A DNA stretch of 64,000 nt, from positions 24,703,926 through 24,767,925 of the forward strand of contig JAHRHZ010000016.1 in assembly GCA_024137785.1 (NCBI GenBank). The letters run 5' to 3'. Position 1 is the first letter of the stretch. Each line of letters starts with the position of its first letter. Under the pieces are notes generated by a model, which saw only the letters and a program-made list of their open reading frames with translations, did not search any database and was not told the DNA's origin. Below, in pieces: positions 1 through 12,450 of this stretch. The position numbers and the translations under genes are program-made. The stretch comes from Ginglymostoma cirratum. Taxonomy: Eukaryota.

Positions 1-1710
1 ACAAAAGAATGGGTAAATAAGCTTCCATCAACTGGAGTGTTTCAGGTGGGAGATAAAGTATTGGTACTGGTGCCATTACAAGACGAACCTCTTAAACTGG
101 AAGTCAGTGGTCCATATAAAGCAGCTAAAAGCGTCAGTAAAGTGATTTTTCTGAAAAATGCTCCTGATCGTAGGAAGAAAAGTTGGTTATATTGAATAAA
201 CATGCTGTAAAGGTATTATTGTAGGGAAGTGGATAAGGAGAACCAACAGTATCAAGTGGCATAAGTGATAGGATATGATGGAGATAATGAGGTAGGAGAG
301 ATGTTACATGCTGATCAAAATGAACTTCACAGTCCAATTCGTCTAGCTAACATGGAAATACCGGGTCAGTTTGACACAGTGCACTCATATTTAGAGAAAG
401 GAAATGGATCTTGTAAGACTACTGAGAACGTGTGAAATAATCTGTAGAATTACACCTGAAATGTACTACATTAGCTTGACATGATGTGGATGCAGGAGAG
501 TCAGAACTGATAAAACAACATCCTTAGCTGTTCAACCCAGAAAAACAAACTCAAGTAGAAACAGGAAGTCAGAAAATGCTACAGAACCATTTGGGAAAAC
601 CTAGTCAAACCAGCTGGAGTTCACCAATCGTTGGTTCCTAAACTGGATGGATCAACTAGGCTTTGATTAGATTGTACAAAAGTGAATATGGTCATAAAAG
701 CAGATTTGTAGTCAATTCCATGACTGGAAGATTGCATTGATAGAAAGAAATGAGGAACTACCAACCTAAGAGAGGTATACAGAAGGGGTGCTGGCAAGTG
801 CCAATAAGATCAAGAGCTAAAGAATTTCTGCCAAATGGATTTCACCAACATCAGGATATGCCATTTTGATTAATGAACATCCCAGCCACATTCCAGAGGC
901 TTGTAAATCAAGTCATAGCTAGAGTTCATAGCATGTTTGTGTGTTTAGACCATGTTCATAGTAAAACTTTAGAAATGTACGTAAGACATATCGAAGGCCT
1001 GTTTAAGCAATTACATATGGCTAGTTTAATGATAAACAAAAAGTGAATTTGTGAAAACAAGAGAGTGATATTTTTGGGACATGTGATTGGACAAGGACAG
1101 CTATTGCCAAGGACAGTGAAAAATGGAAGTTTTAATATAATTCTCTGTTCATAAAACCAAATCAGAAATCATGGGGTTTTTAGGAAGGTGTGGATTTTAT
1201 CAGAAATTTGCATGTAATTTCAACACAACAGCTGTACTGTGAAAAATTTGTTAAAGAAAATGAGCAAATGTAGTATGGTCAGCAGAACGGCAAGCATTAT
1301 GAAGCTGAAGAAAATCTTAATAAATGAGTGTTGGCTGCTCCTGATATTTCCAGACCTTTCAAAATGGCAACTGATGCTAATTATTTGGGTGCTATCTTGT
1401 TACAGGATAATGAGTCAGGAAGAGAGAAGCAAGCAGTGAGCTTCTCTAAGAAATTAAACCAGTATCAGAAGTTGTACACTATCACAGAAAAAGCGATGTT
1501 AGAATTGTTGTTCGCTCTTCAGCACTTTGAAGTCTATATCTGAAGTAGAAGCTTGGAAACACTAATTTATTCTGATCAAAAGCCATTAGCCTTCATTGAA
1601 AAGTTAAAAATCAGAACACAAAACTTTCAGATGGATACAACCATTGAATGTAAAGATTGTGCACGTTAAAGCAGAAGGTAATATAATGCGGATACATTAG
1701 CCCAAATGTA
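1..1710 (+). mobile_element. Decayed Gmr1-like Gypsy LTR retrotransposon pol (integrase C-terminus, then RT, then RNase H)
   Basis: FQVGDKVLVLVP...SGPY at about 40-120. RT-like segments follow at about 480-1100 (SWSSP, MPF.L.N.PATFQRLVN, FLGHVIG). RNase H LAAPDISRPFKMATDA...YTITEKAML lies at 1328-1543. Many stops and frameshifts. Confidence 0.85.
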
Positions 1711-1740
1711 AAATGTTTGAATGGGTTAAAATTGTATAAA

Positions 1741-1815
1741 TGTGCGTGCGTGTGTGTGTCTGTGTGTGTGTATGTATGTATGTATGTATGTATGGGGCGG
1801 GGGGGGGAGAGAGAA
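1741..1815. repeat. (TG)n/(TATG)n microsatellite followed by a G-run
   Basis: Directly visible in the sequence. Confidence 0.9.
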
Positions 1816-2422
1816 TGAGTGGATGTAAGCCTTGTTTTGCTGTTTATTACACATTTACAGTGTATCACATTTTTAAAGTGGTGTTTTGTTTATCTTAAGT
1901 TGGAGACTGTGTTTATATTTTTATGCCTTTAAATACTGGGGAGTGCAAGGGCAAACAGCTATTTTTAAGACAGGAATTGATCAGAATGGCTGCATAAATT
2001 CACAGCAACCAACAAAGATGGGTTTTCTAAACTGCCATCCATAGCAGCTACCTGCCTCTATTCCCACCTTAGAATCTGTATGAGGTGGCCCTGACTCTCA
2101 CCTGCTTCCTGCCAAAGGAGTAGAAATAACATGAATAGATGGATTCAATCAGACGTTGGGAATGCATTGTCAAGAAATGACGATCTAATTGTTCCCAAAA
2201 TCCAGTCCCAGGAATCAAATCTGAGAACTTGTAAATCTATGTGGCTCAGTTCCGAAGCTGGTGGAAATTCATTAAGATTTAACTTTTAAGTTAGAAACAA
2301 AGCATGAGCTAAATTTTACAGTTTCATACATTTCTTGTTTTGAGCTACTATTGTCAATAGTTCTGTTACAGTAAAACCGTAAATGGCACTTAACTATTCA
2401 AATCGGTGCCTGCCAAAAGGGA

Positions 2423-2795
2423 AGGATGGTGGTATATAGGTAATATCGTCAGACTAGTGAACCAGAGGGTCACGCCACTGCTTTGTGTACATGTCTTCAG
2501 ATCCCACTATGACAGCTGGTGGAACTTGAATTCAATTAATACAAACATCTGGAATCTAAAACTAATCTTGTTATGGGCGACTGTGAATCTATTCATTCAA
2601 TTCATTAAAACCAATCTAGTTCACTAATATCCTTTATGAAGCAAATCTGCCATCCTTAACTGGTCAGCTCTATATATGACTGCAGCAATGTAAGAGACTA
2701 GCAAACATCTTCTGAAATGACCTTGCAGGCCACTTTGTTCAAGGGCAATTAAGAATGGGCAACAAATGGTGGCCTTGCCAATGAAGCCCACATAC
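2423..2795 (+). mobile_element. tRNA-derived Deu-type (SacSINE1-like) SINE, degraded
   Basis: Head ggtggtatataggtaat...actagt, body with ttcactaat.tccttta.gaag.aaatctgccatccttaac, and tail ttcaagggcaattaag.atggg. Related copies lie at 12258 and 27365. Confidence 0.65.
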
Positions 2796-5419
2796 ACTAA
2801 AATTTAACAAAGAGAATTCTGTCACCTATTAAGGAAACCTGTAAATGCTAAAAATTGGAACCAAAATAGTAACTGGAACAAGAAAAGTTGGGTTAATACT
2901 TTGGGTAGACAGCCTTTTGTTGAAATAGGATCTCTCTTTATCAGTACAAAACAGGCACACCATGGATCAACCTGACATCCTGTGCCCGAGGATGTCTGAA
3001 AGTACCTTAATTATTTTCCTTAATACAATTCTGTGGTGCCAGGAGAAGTGGGGAGAGATTCCTTCCTAATCACCCTTTACCCAGGAATTAATTACAGTCT
3101 GAAATTCATGCTGAAATGCATGAACTGCCTGTGGAAGCACAAGAGACATCAGTAACTTAGTCAAATTGAGCCTGAAGTTCAATTTTAGGCATAAAAGTCT
3201 ACTCTGACATGGGGACGAGGTGAGGCAAAGAGAAAATAAAATTGTTTGGCTATTTACTGAGACATTAAAGATTCAAGTCAATGTAACTATTATTGTCCAA
3301 ATCCAGAAAATTAAGACCAAATGTACCAATATAGCATTGAATTATTGCAAGTATCCAGATGATGTATTTTGAACTGAAGAAGCAGAATGACTCTATGTGC
3401 TTATATACACACAAATAGTAGTATATATTAAATATTAAAGTGAGCACATGAAAAAAGGCATCTTCTGCTAGACACCACGTATTAAATATTTTATAAGAAC
3501 TATAGATCATAAATGAGCTGTCACCTTCCATCCTCAAATTTAGTGCAGCGTTAAATCCTAAAAACTTCTGTAAAACTGAAGTGACTAGGTTTAGTTCTGA
3601 TTTTAAAACAAAAAAGAGAGAACAGCTGTGAGACTAAGAGGCTAATTTTCATAGCCTTCAGGCATTAGTATTGGCGATATCCCAGCACCAGCCATCTTTA
3701 GAATCTTCAATAATAACCTTCCCGCTGTCATAATGTCAAGAGTAAGCTGTTCTGTAGCAATTCTACAATGTAGTGTTCAGTTACATTCAAAATTCCTTTG
3801 ATAACCAACAGTCCATGGCGGCCTCTGACAGGACCCAAGTAACATTTAGGCTCCAGAAGTGACACAAATTATATCGTCATCAATACTACCTGCGTAAACC
3901 AGATGTATGGGATTGATTTTTAGAGAACAGCATATTCTCCCACCAACTAAAAAGTCAGTCACAAGCCTGTCCACCTGAAAACTGTTTGCCTTGTAACAAT
4001 ATTATGCTTGGATCTGTGGATCTGTTTCATGTGTTATATTTTTTGGGTTACTCAATCTAAAAATGACAGCAATTTACAAAAGAGGTCACATGAATATAGT
4101 AAGCCACAGAATACAATGTACAAATGCAAATTGCCAAAAAGAAGCAACCTTACTTATTTCAGATTGGAATTTTTAACAACCACCCATCCCCAAACCATGT
4201 GAGAGGTTGTCCAATCTGATTGGCCACCAGCTCTCCAGTCCCTGTCGTGCCAGGATCGAGCAGCGGTTACTGCTGGAGCTACAGACAGTCCCCAAGGAAG
4301 AGGGCTGACAGAGCCCATACTTAAAGGTAAGTATGGGATTTTGGACAGGCCTAGATAGCAGCCTACAACAATGACAGATTAGAAAATGGGCACACGTTTG
4401 AGAGATTGCAGGGCATATTTAAAGGTGGATCAAGTCTCTAAGGTTCCAACAGGAAGCGAAGATCCCATCCTCAAAAAGAAATATCTACCACTTCCTGTCT
4501 GTGAAACCTGCTCAGTTGCCCACCTTGACTTGTTCCCCTCCTGTATGTAGAGCAGAGATGGAAATAAGGCCTTCAAGAGATCATCATTTCGCCACTCAGG
4601 GTAAGTGGCTGTCTGGCACATTCTCCACCCACCATCATATTAAAGACAGGTCAGAAGTGGGTGCAGGAGCGGGCCAGGCACCTCATGTAAAGACACCCCT
4701 TAAAACATGCCAGCTGAAGACCGTAAAATCCAGCCCAAGCAATTTCTAAAAATGAACATGGGGGGAGAAACATCTTGTCTTTTTGTTTGCAGTTGAGTTT
4801 TGATTGACAGTTCTATACTAGAAACTATCTGAATATGGGGAAAACGTAGGGAGCTTTCTCTGAATCTTCTTATCAGATAGGGCCAGTTCACACAGTTCTA
4901 CCAAATATAAAAATAATTCTAACAGACCATTTAGCTCAGACTGAAATTACAAACCTGGTTTAAGAACAGAATGTTTAGTTTTAATTTCACCATGACTGTA
5001 AAAGTTCATTTTTCAAAGCAAAGCAAAAAAAACCATAAAAGCCCTTTTACTTGAGTGCTTCCAATGACCGAAATAGAGTCACAGGGTCAAAGTTATACAG
5101 CATGGAAACAGACCGAAACTGATCTACTCCCATTTACCAGCACTTGGCTCACGTCCCTCTAAACCCTTCTTAGTCATCTAAGGTACAAAAAAATTAAGAA
5201 ATTAAGACTGCAATATTTTGTTCTTAAGCTGTCTAACCTGTTTAATAAACCAGGACTGTAATTTCAGTGTGAGCTAAATGGTCTGTTAGAATTATTTTTT
5301 CCATCAATTGAGAAAGATCTCGTGCATATGTTGAGTATGCTGTATTGTTTCTGGGGCTCACTCCAATAGTACAGAATGCATTAATTTTCCCTTTAGTGTA
5401 CTTACCCTTACGAGTTTAG

Positions 5420-7230
5420 TAGAATTCTTTGAGAAGTTAACAAGCAGGATGTTGTCAGGTTTGACCTATAGGGAGCGGCTGAATAGGCTGGGGCTATTTT
5501 CCCTGCAGTGTTGAAGGCTGAGGGGTGACCTTATAGAGGTTTATAAAATCATGAAGGTCATGTATAGGGTAAATAGGCAAGGTCTTTTCCCCGGGGGGGG
5601 GGGTCCTAAACTAGAGTGCATAGGTTTAAGGTGAAAGGGCAAAGATATATAAGGGGCAACCTTTTCAAGCAGAGGGTGGTGCATATACAGAATGAGCTGC
5701 CAGAGGAAGTGGTGGAGGCCGGTATGATTACATTTAAAAGGCATCTGGATGGTTACATGAGTAGGAAGGGTTTAGAGGGAAATAGGCCACATGCTGGCGA
5801 ATGGGACTAGATTTATATAGGATATTTGGTCGGCTTGACCGTGTTGGTCTGAAGGGTCTGTTTCTGTGCTGTACACCTCTATGACTCTATGAATGACAAG
5901 GGTCTCTTCCTTCGGGTGGGGGAGTTCAAAACTAGGGACATATTTTTAAGGGGAGAGGAGAAAGATTTCAAAAGGATATGAGAAGCAACTATTTTACAAA
6001 GAAAGAGTGGTTCATGTGTGGCATGGACTGCCAGAGAAAATGGTAGATGCAGGTACAGTTATAATGTTGAAAAGACACTTGAAAAAGTTCAGGAAAAGCC
6101 TGGAGGGATGTGGCCCAAGCATAGGTAAGTGGGACTACATTTAGTTTGGGAACATGTTCGGCGTGGATTAGTTGAACTGAAGGGTCTGTTTCCATGCTAT
6201 ATTACCCTATGACAGAGAATTGGGATGAGGAGGCCAATTTTAGGATGGCAACCTGTAATGAGTAGATCAGTAAAAGGGATAAATGCTGCGGTGACAATTA
6301 ATTACAGTATATATTAATGACTTGAAGAAAGTGAATGTTTTACGGCCAAGTTTTCAGATGATATCGGAATAAAATGGGAAGGCAAGTGGTGAGGATGACT
6401 GAACAAGTCCACAAATGGATATAAGTTAAGCAAGTAGGTAAAAACTTGGTAGATGAAATATAACATGGGAAAATGTGAAGTTATGCACTTTGCCAGAAAG
6501 AATAGTGGAGTTGGATAGGATTTAAATGGAGAAAGTCTGCAGAAAGCTACAGGATAGGGAACAGGGACTCCTCATGCATGAATCACAATTACTTAGCATC
6601 CAAGTTCAGTGGGTAATGGGGAAAATATATGGAATATTGGTGCCTATTTCAAAGAGAATGGAATATAAAAGTAGAGACGTTTTGCTAAAATTATACAATA
6701 CACGAGTCAGACCACAGAGCTCAAACACTGTGAATAGTTTTGGGCCTCAGGAAAGATATAATGGTTTTGGAGACAGTCTAGAGACAGTTCGCTAAGCAAG
6801 GACAGGTTGAGTAGGTTCAGCCTGCATTCACCAGAATTTAGAAGAATGAAAGCAACCTTATCGAAACATAAAAGAATCTTAGGAAACTTGAAAGGATAAA
6901 TGAAGAAAGATTGTTTTCCCCTTGTGGGAGAGTCTAGGCACAGAAGGCACAATTTCAGAATAAAGTGTTGCACATTTAAGACAGAGATGAGGGGGAGTTT
7001 CTTTGCTCAGTGAATCTGCGGAATTATTAACTGCAAAATGTTGTCGAGGCTGGGTCGTTAAATATATTCAAAGCTGAGATAGATCTTTAATCACTAAAGG
7101 AAACAAGTGTTTTCAGGAAAAGGCAGGAAAGGCGAGTTGGGAATTATCAGTTCAGCCATGATCCCACGAATTCTGAAGTAGGCCTGATAAGCTGAATGGC
7201 CTACTTCTGCTCCTACATTTTATGGTGTTA
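5420..7230 (+). mobile_element. Stacked CR1 (HER1-like) LINE 3' fragments
   Basis: RLRGDLIEVYKIM and HRFKVKG...QRVV..NELPEEVVEA motifs. (CTATGA)-type tails near 5880 and 6210, then a longer RT/3' piece at 6215-7230. Confidence 0.9.
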
Positions 7231-7900
7231 ACCACTTGCAAAAGTGCCACATCTATATTAATGGAATTTTCTTTGATCGAAGCTTATATACTAAATATTA
7301 TAGTTTATATAAAAATCGTTGCAGACTAAAAGAAACAAAATTGCTGTTTCACTTCCCCTTTCACATTCTCAAGACATCAGAAAGTGCTTCAATCAGGTAC
7401 TTTCAAAGTGCAGTCAATGTTAGACTAGCAGCTGATTTGTGCATAGCATGTTTTTACAAAAATAAGAAATAAATGGCCTACTTTGCTGGCTTTACTTGAG
7501 GAGCACATGTTGCAAGAAGGAGAAGCCCCCTAATCTGTTTTGAATGCTGTCATGTGCTATTTCACATCCAACTGAAGAGGTAGGTGGGGCTTTAGTTTAA
7601 CTTCTCATTAGAAAGACAGCACCTCAGATAATGCAGTCCTCTCTGAACACTTAATTCAAGCATCAGTATGTGTGTCCTCATTTGAGCTTAAATGCTTGAG
7701 GGAGGGGAAACAATATAAATTAGCTCTGATTATTGTTACTTAACTTATTGTTTCAAAAATACTTTATATTGGCAAATTACAATACTAACTTCTTGTTTTG
7801 CTGAATGTCACATAACATGGGCACATTGAAAACATTAGAATATATTTTGGCTCTGAATAAACTGAGACATTAGAAATGTAGATATTAAATGAGTACATAC

Positions 7901-8046
7901 CTAAAAGAAACTGTTTCATTGGCTCACTATGAGCCATCTTCAGAACCGTCTGACCTGAATAGGTAGCAAGGGTAGGATCTGCACCATATGACAGAAGAAC
8001 ATGGACAACATCCAGGTTATCATTCACGACAGCATCATGAATAGGT
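7901..8046 (-). CDS. BCORL1: BCORL1 ankyrin-repeat exon (146 nt, phase 2 to 1)
   Basis: ttttttag|ACCT...TTAG|gtatgt encodes [56 protein letters not shown] and SGQT are BCORL1-type residues (BCOR has DAVENDHL and SGRT). Confidence 0.96.
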
Positions 8047-9530
8047 CTAAAAAAAAAGTTGTATTTAAAATCAAGTTGTAATGTCAACTTTAGCTCAAAA
8101 TATTTGATAACTAATTTAAAAATCAGCAACAGGACAATACTACTGAACACAGTGAGCCAACAGGGGGTTATTTCAAATATACGATAAGACAGATCATAAC
8201 ACACTAAGATTACCTACCACAAAAATACAAATTAATTTTTGAACAGAAAGCGTCCTCAACCAGGGAATAAACTCAAGCATGTCCTGCTGGGAAAGTGACA
8301 GCCTGGCTGAACACTTGTGCTCAGTAATGTCTAGGAAGCTAATTTTGCCTTCTTCAACCAGGAAATCTACACTTGGTTCCTCTTTTCTGAGGAACTGCAG
8401 ATGATTGAGGAGAAGGCTGCTGATGTTCTTGCAGATACTGATCCTGTACCTGTTCGTGTTATTGCTGCTGTTCTCACTCCTCATTGTAGGTCCCTGGTTG
8501 AGTTGAGTAAGCTGCTCCCATACTGCTGTGATGGATAACGGCTGGGAAGTGCAAGGCGAAGGTAAGAAACTTCATGGTTCCAGAAATAACCTTAAAAAAA
8601 TTTGCTATCACCTCCAAAGTAGTGAAGGCACACACTCAGAACATGCCCTGTGAGCAAAATCCTTTCACTTAGGCAGTTGTCAGACTTCAGAGTGAAAGCC
8701 TTTGTTGTCTATTGATTGATTAGTTCTGATAATTCACACAATCATCTTGCTTTGTTTTACTGGATGAGTTTCAGAAAGTCCAGGAGATCCACAGTTACAG
8801 TCAGAGTCTGGGATTAAAATTCCACATAGGGAGCATTTAACATTTTTAAATAGCAGACCTACCTATGCTATTGTGCAAGTTAAAGATGGAAAGTTAGAGA
8901 GTTCCAGCTGATTTCTTCAAATGCCAGCAGTTCAGCTGACTAGGCCTGCTGCACGCACGGACACCAAACTACCTTGACAGGTTAAAACTCCTCTTATGTT
9001 GCATCAAGGTTGTGTGATTACTTGTAATAAGACTGAGATAGGAACATAAGTTAAAATTGGTAGCCACATTGGCCAATCCTTGAATGTCCAGAATGAAGGG
9101 GGCGAACAAAGACTTGCATGGATCATTGCTGCTGAAGCAAGGTACAATTGGCCCAATTTAATTTAATGTTTTCAGTTCACGTGAATGATGGCATCAGTTC
9201 ATCATTGCATAAAGGAATACAATTGCTCCATGCTGTGTTACACATTTACATGATTAGATGTTAAGCAGTATAGCAACCCTCTTGACATGAGGATTATTTA
9301 ATGGTGTGACCAACATCAATATATTTAACGATATTATCTAATGCAGATCCAAAATGGACAGACAGATTTGCAGGAAGCACCACTGAGGATTGTTCCACCT
9401 CTAAATATGCTATACCTGTATTGTAATTGCTTTTAGTGAATTCTGGGAAAGACTTCCCTTCTCCAATGTTATGTCACCACTGCAGAATGTACAACATTCA
9501 CAACACCATAATTACTTATAGCATTCTGAC

Positions 9531-9697
9531 CTGGTGCCGTCCTGTGCACTGCAATTTACATCTCCTCCATGCTCCAGGAGCCGTGTGACGATATCAAGCC
9601 AGCCACGTGCACAAGATTCATGCAATGCTGTATACCCAGCATTATCCCGGTGATTGACATCACAAACGGCATTCTCCAAACAGTATATAACTACATC
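9531..9697 (-). CDS. BCORL1: BCORL1 ankyrin-repeat exon (167 nt; not in the ORF track)
   Basis: tttacgtag|GAT...ACCAG|gtcaga encodes [56 protein letters not shown]. Phase 0 to 2. Confidence 0.96.
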
Positions 9698-10289
9698 CTA
9701 CGTAAAAAGAGATGAAATACGCAGGATGTTATAAAGGTTTAAGAAAAAAATTCCACTTTGATAAGACAACAGGGCAAACCCTGACCATTGCTTGTAACTT
9801 TGGAAAATAAATGCAGATTCAAATCACACAAATTAATTAACAATTCACATACAATGTGTCTCCTTAATGTGCTCAGTTATTTTGCTGAGATACTGACACA
9901 TGTTAGTTGGCTTTTATTCCCTGGCCCAAATGGCCATTCTTTCATGTGTTATCTTTCAATTTGAACATTTGAAGTTCAAGCCCTAAATATACAATCTGGG
10001 TTGACATTGCCTGAGAAATTGGTGCAATATTGATAGCACCACTTTTTGGATGAGACGCTAAATCAATGGTGTCTAAGGTGGTTGTAAAGAATCAAATAGC
10101 ACAATTCAAACAAGTGTAATGGAGTTCTCCTGTTTTCCCAGTGAACATTTATTTTGTAAACAATAAAATCACTAAAACTGATCATGTGGTCGTTAAACCT
10201 CCATATTTATTGTAATGTGGTGTCCACACTTCAGAAATACCTGATAACTGTGGTTTCCTGTAACAGTAAAAACCACTGCAAAAACTAGT

Positions 10290-10840
10290 TCATCATTCCA
10301 TCAATGTAAGTTATCTGTGATCATCGGTACCATATCTTAGAATTTGGTGCCAGGTACCTTAGAAGCTACCATGATGCTGATATCCTTGAGAACGCTCATG
10401 TATCTGCTTCATTTCAAGGACTGGATGCCTTACAGGATGATTACTGGCTGCTGGCTCTGTTACGAACTCCCCCAACTGAAGGTGAGCATAGATACAGTGG
10501 AGCCCTTTCTTTGGCCAGGGATCATCATGGAGTAGATGCTAGGCCACCTAAAGATGAGGTTGGGTGGTGGTGGTGGTGGCGGCAGGGGTGGGGTGGGGGC
10601 AGTGGAATTGCAGCACAGTTCAGACAAGGATGTGCCACATAATTTTTGCATATTGGGTTCTGCACGACTGGAGCAGGCAAACAGCTTGTGATGGAAACTG
10701 ATGAACTAGAACAGCAGCAACTGTCTTCCACGGACAAAGATTAGGATGTTGAGCAGGAGGAACATCATCCTTGCCAAGATAGAACAGTGCAGTACTGGAT
10801 GCAAATGGTCAGACAGAACTTTAATGACACCCACCTCCCT
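10290..10840 (+). mobile_element. PIF/Harbinger transposase fossil
   Basis: Frameshifted translation HSINV..ICDHRYHILEFGARYLRSYHDADILEN matches the Harbinger HSxNVQxVCD...ARxPGSxHD motifs. A C.xHN motif and an acidic tail follow. Confidence 0.75.
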
Positions 10841-11179
10841 TGGATGTGATTTGAGTGAGGTAATCATGCACTGACTGTATATTTGTTGATCCTGAAGGAC
10901 TCTGTTTATTCACAGAAGCAAATGGAATTCCTTTCCCCCTTGGTTTTCTTGTTGTTCTATAAAAGCCAATGTCTTAAAACTACTTGAAAGTTTCCAACAT
11001 GTGATAAGCCCATATTGAAAAAAATGACAAAATGTCGCACTATGCTTGCTATTAGGGAAAGTTCCTTTCCATGGATTGTCAACTTGTTGTGGTAGGCACA
11101 CTTGAGTGTTCCATTGATCCTGACAGTGAAGCCATCAGGAGTTCTCAACTCCTGGAAGGGCTACTCATGATGGCAAGGT

Positions 11180-12257
11180 TGGATGGGAAAAACCAGGCAA
11201 AGCGCAATCCAAAACAAGTTTTCAATGACGTTCCAGGTGGAAGATAGTCGTATGATCTCAATGGTTGTAATGCCAGATGAAGGCTCCGACAGATGGGAGA
11301 TGCCTAGTCATCGAAGTTTCCTTGTCACTAGAACTATCTTTTCTGTCAACGACCATGTGTCTGCTGATTTGCAACAGCATTGAGATATTTAAAAAGACAT
11401 TTCACACAAAAAGAATTCAACTCCCACCAGACACACACCATACACGCCCTGCACTGATCTGAGAGAGGTGACAGGGACAGGATGATGAGATCCGGAATCT
11501 CTACCTTTGGACCGGTACATAGGCAATGGAGTTCATTCAGCTGTTTCATTCTTGAAATTGGAACAGGAAAAAGTTTCAGCAGTTTTCTTCATGACTGACT
11601 TTTTAGGATCTTTTCTAGTCACCACGTGTAGGGAAGGGGCTAGAAAAGGTGCCCTGAAAACAGTTTGTTCCATCATCAACCTGGCTGGAGAACCGCATCT
11701 AGCAGGCTCATCTACCTATGGTCTGAAAACCAAAACCAAACTCAATTTTGGAAACTGGTATATTCAAACCTTAATGGATAATGAGCAAAATAATCATCCA
11801 GAAGGAAGAATTGCCCTCGCTGACTATGAACTCAGGTACTTCAACTTTGAGATCGCATCCCTGCTGGAGACCAGAACAGCAAAACAGGGCAGCTGAGGGA
11901 AAAAGGTGGTGATGATGATCAACCCAAGGTGCATGGAATTGGATTTGCGATCAAGAACAAACTCATCAAGCATTTAATCCACCCTGGACACCATACTTGC
12001 CAACATCCCTAAAGAAGATAAAATTACCATCCTTGGTGACTTCAATGCCAGGGTTAGAAAGGAACCATTGGAAAGGAACGAGTTGGGAATTCCAACTCCA
12101 ATGGGATTTGTCTAACTATGTGTGCAGAATGCCAGCTGGTCATCACCAACACACTGTTCTACCAAAAAGACATGTTTAAAACTTATTGGAAGCATCTATG
12201 ATCAAAGCACTGGCACATGATGGTCTACATCATTATTTGATCATAAGACCAAAAGGG
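11180..12257 (+). mobile_element. RTE-clade LINE 5' part (AP endonuclease), decayed
   Basis: LNFGNWYIQTLMDN...PEGRIAL..ELRYFNFEIASLLETR, GIGFAIKN, LGDFNARV, LVITNT and KHWH motifs. Confidence 0.8.
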
Positions 12258-12450
12258 GATGTGATAGCCTAGTGGTAATATCACTTGACTGTTAACCCAG
12301 AGACTCAGGTAATGTTCTGGGGACTCAGGTTCAAATCCCATCACATCGAATGGTGGAATTTAAATTTAATTTAAAAAAAGTCTGGTATTAAGAGTCTAAT
12401 GATGACTATGAATTAACTGTTGATTGTTGGGGAAAAACCCATTTGGTCCT
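12258..12450 (+). mobile_element. Deu-type SINE, 5' half
   Basis: tRNA-like head (tagcctagtggt A box, ggttcaaatccc B box), truncated where the LTR element begins. Confidence 0.7.

Noticed and set aside
2170-2240. Candidate for the next BCORL1 exon (DLQ...W)
   Set aside because: There is no GT donor at the expected position and no WDFYSSS-like motif. The real exon is probably outside the window.
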